A DNA stretch of 63,517 bases, filler included, from Octopus bimaculoides (taxonomy: Eukaryota): NCBI RefSeq assembly GCF_001194135.2. It is 6 parts of 6 records of this genome, joined end to end, with 100 filler letters (N's around TTAATTAATTAA, not from the genome) between each part and the next. Parts side by side here need not be neighbours in the genome. Positions count along the whole stretch, not along the records: positions 59,684 to 63,517 come from NC_069010.1; 5 more parts are not named here. One strand, 5' to 3'. Of this stretch, positions 61,877 to 63,517 are shown piece by piece. Numbering within the stretch: position 1 is the first letter of the stretch; the number at the start of each line of letters is the position of its first letter. The position numbers were made by a program, and so were the translations under genes. Below the pieces are notes generated by a model that saw only the letters and a list, made by a program, of their open reading frames with translations, ran no database searches and had not been told where the DNA came from.

Positions 61877-63204
61877 GCATATTGTTCTACTTGGGGATGG
61901 TCATTTTCCGCTAATTAAACAAAAGCAGTACACTGTCGTGTTTGTGTTTAATTGTCAAAAGATGACCATCCCCAAGCATAACGATATCTATTTCAACACG
62001 TTTTCACACCCAAAAGAGCAGTACTATTTTAAAAGGATCCATGAAAAATAATTTGGCTTTAAATGTATTTATTGCAAAAAAAAAACACAGCTAGGTTCCT
62101 TTCTCTAATGCTTTACATAGTTCAACTGGGTTTCCAGCAACTGAAACATGTCCTCTCTCAAGAGAAAGCTTTTGCAAACCTATGTAAGTGATCAGATGAA
62201 AAACGAAGCAGGAATTTTGAAAGAAGTATCTATAAAACTAGTTTTTAAATGTTCAATAGCTATGGGGGTCCAACAGAATAAACCTGTAATCAAAGGAGTC
62301 CATAGGTGTAAAAATGGTCAAGAACCCCTAGTTTATAAGATTGGGCAAATATACTCTTATAAGATGGAAAGACAGGCCAGTAAGTCATTATAAAGAATTG
62401 AACTCTGTACTTTCTTGTACCTATTTGTTCATAAAAATGTGTGTGTGTGTGTGTGAAGACTTAACTGTAAAGTAGACACTAACATATCTGAAGTAATAAG
62501 CAAAATAATTCAATTAATTAAATTTGTGTTAATTATTGAAGTCTTTGAAGCTTACTCCAAACATAAACGATAATGTCCACTTTACTATCTCTTTAAACAA
62601 TACACACATACACACACATATATAAATATGTCTGTCTGTGCATGTATGTATACACACACACACACTTGTGTGTGTGTGTGTCTACACAAGCAGAAAGAGA
62701 AAAACAGACCAAAAGAGAAAGAAATATTGAAACAGAAACAACAGTCAGTGTTCCCCCACCACGCACACACACACACAGAAACACAGGCAATGAAGTGCTC
62801 AAAGATGTTTGACAAATAAAAGGTGTGACAATAGAATCCAGATGAGGCAACATGTGACTAACAGGGTGGCAGGGGTGGTGGCGATGGCGGTGGAAGAGTG
62901 TGCTTGTGGGGGGGGGAGAGGGAGGAAGAGTAGTGCGAGGTGGTGGTGGCAGTGAGGTTGGTCTTGATATCTGGGTGCATTAGTGATCAGTTAGTGGTAT
63001 ATAGCTCACACACTCTCTTCGCGCACCCCACCCCATCTCATTCGGTGGGTTGCTGTGCTAGTAGCAGAATGATGATGATGATGACAATAACAACAACAAC
63101 AATGATGATGATGATGACAATGATATGATTATAGAGGACATGTCCTCCTAGGTTGGGCTTTTGTTGTGCTCTTTGCCAAGTCTCTATTATGATAACAGAT
63201 TTCG

Positions 63205-63517
63205 CTTACCAACCACATGGTTCTGGGTTCAGTCCCACTGCGTGGCACCTTGGGCAAGTGTCTTCTACTATATAGCCTCTGCTTGACAAAATGCCTCGCC
63301 AGTGGATTTAGTGGAGGGAAACTAAAAGAAGCCCGTCACACACACGGGAGTGGCTGTGTGGTAAGTAGCTTGCTTACCAACCACATGGTTCTGGGTTCAG
63401 TCCCACTGCGTGGCACCTTGGGCAAGTGTCTTCTACTATAGCCTCGGGCCGACCAAAGCCTTGTGAGTGGATTTGGTAGACGGAAACTGAAAGAAGCCTG
63501 TCGTATATATGTATATA
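63205..63517 (+). mobile_element. Two tandem SINE family A heads
   Basis: 63205-63340 and 63347-63517. Confidence 0.85.

Overview
AT-rich, repeat-dense eukaryotic genomic DNA with many N gaps. The SINE families, microsatellite load and Dong/Penelope content suggest an Octopus (coleoid cephalopod) scaffold; this is an inference. Almost every ORF in the supplied track is a microsatellite or gap artefact. Three spliced genes are partly visible. (1) The last two exons of a + strand gene (14420-14544, 16750-17031) whose C-terminus resembles an SLC9/NHE exchanger tail. (2) One 471-nt + strand exon (36006-36476) of a divergent ionotropic glutamate receptor covering end-S1, M1, M2, M3 and start-S2; the glutamate-binding Thr and Arg are replaced by Pro and Lys, and Asn sits at the Q/R/N site. 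(3) An unrecognised - strand gene of very short phase-1 exons (56414-56453, 55174-55218, 54576-54611) encoding a signal-peptide protein, MALRFIVAIALSALIGLSCGRPATDSPAAEPGSSKAEPYL. The rest is transposon-derived: tRNA-type SINEs, Dong/R4 RLE LINE fragments, RTE, CR1, Penelope-like pieces, a two-LTR element with a tRNA-Trp PBS and no visible pol, Tc1/mariner and piggyBac MITEs, and a probable Helitron. The most notable non-coding structures are type I hammerhead-ribozyme motifs. One near-complete motif lies at 54189-54279. Two more lie in the inverted arms of an insertion that splits a Dong element with a 12-bp target-site duplication (30731-31706).
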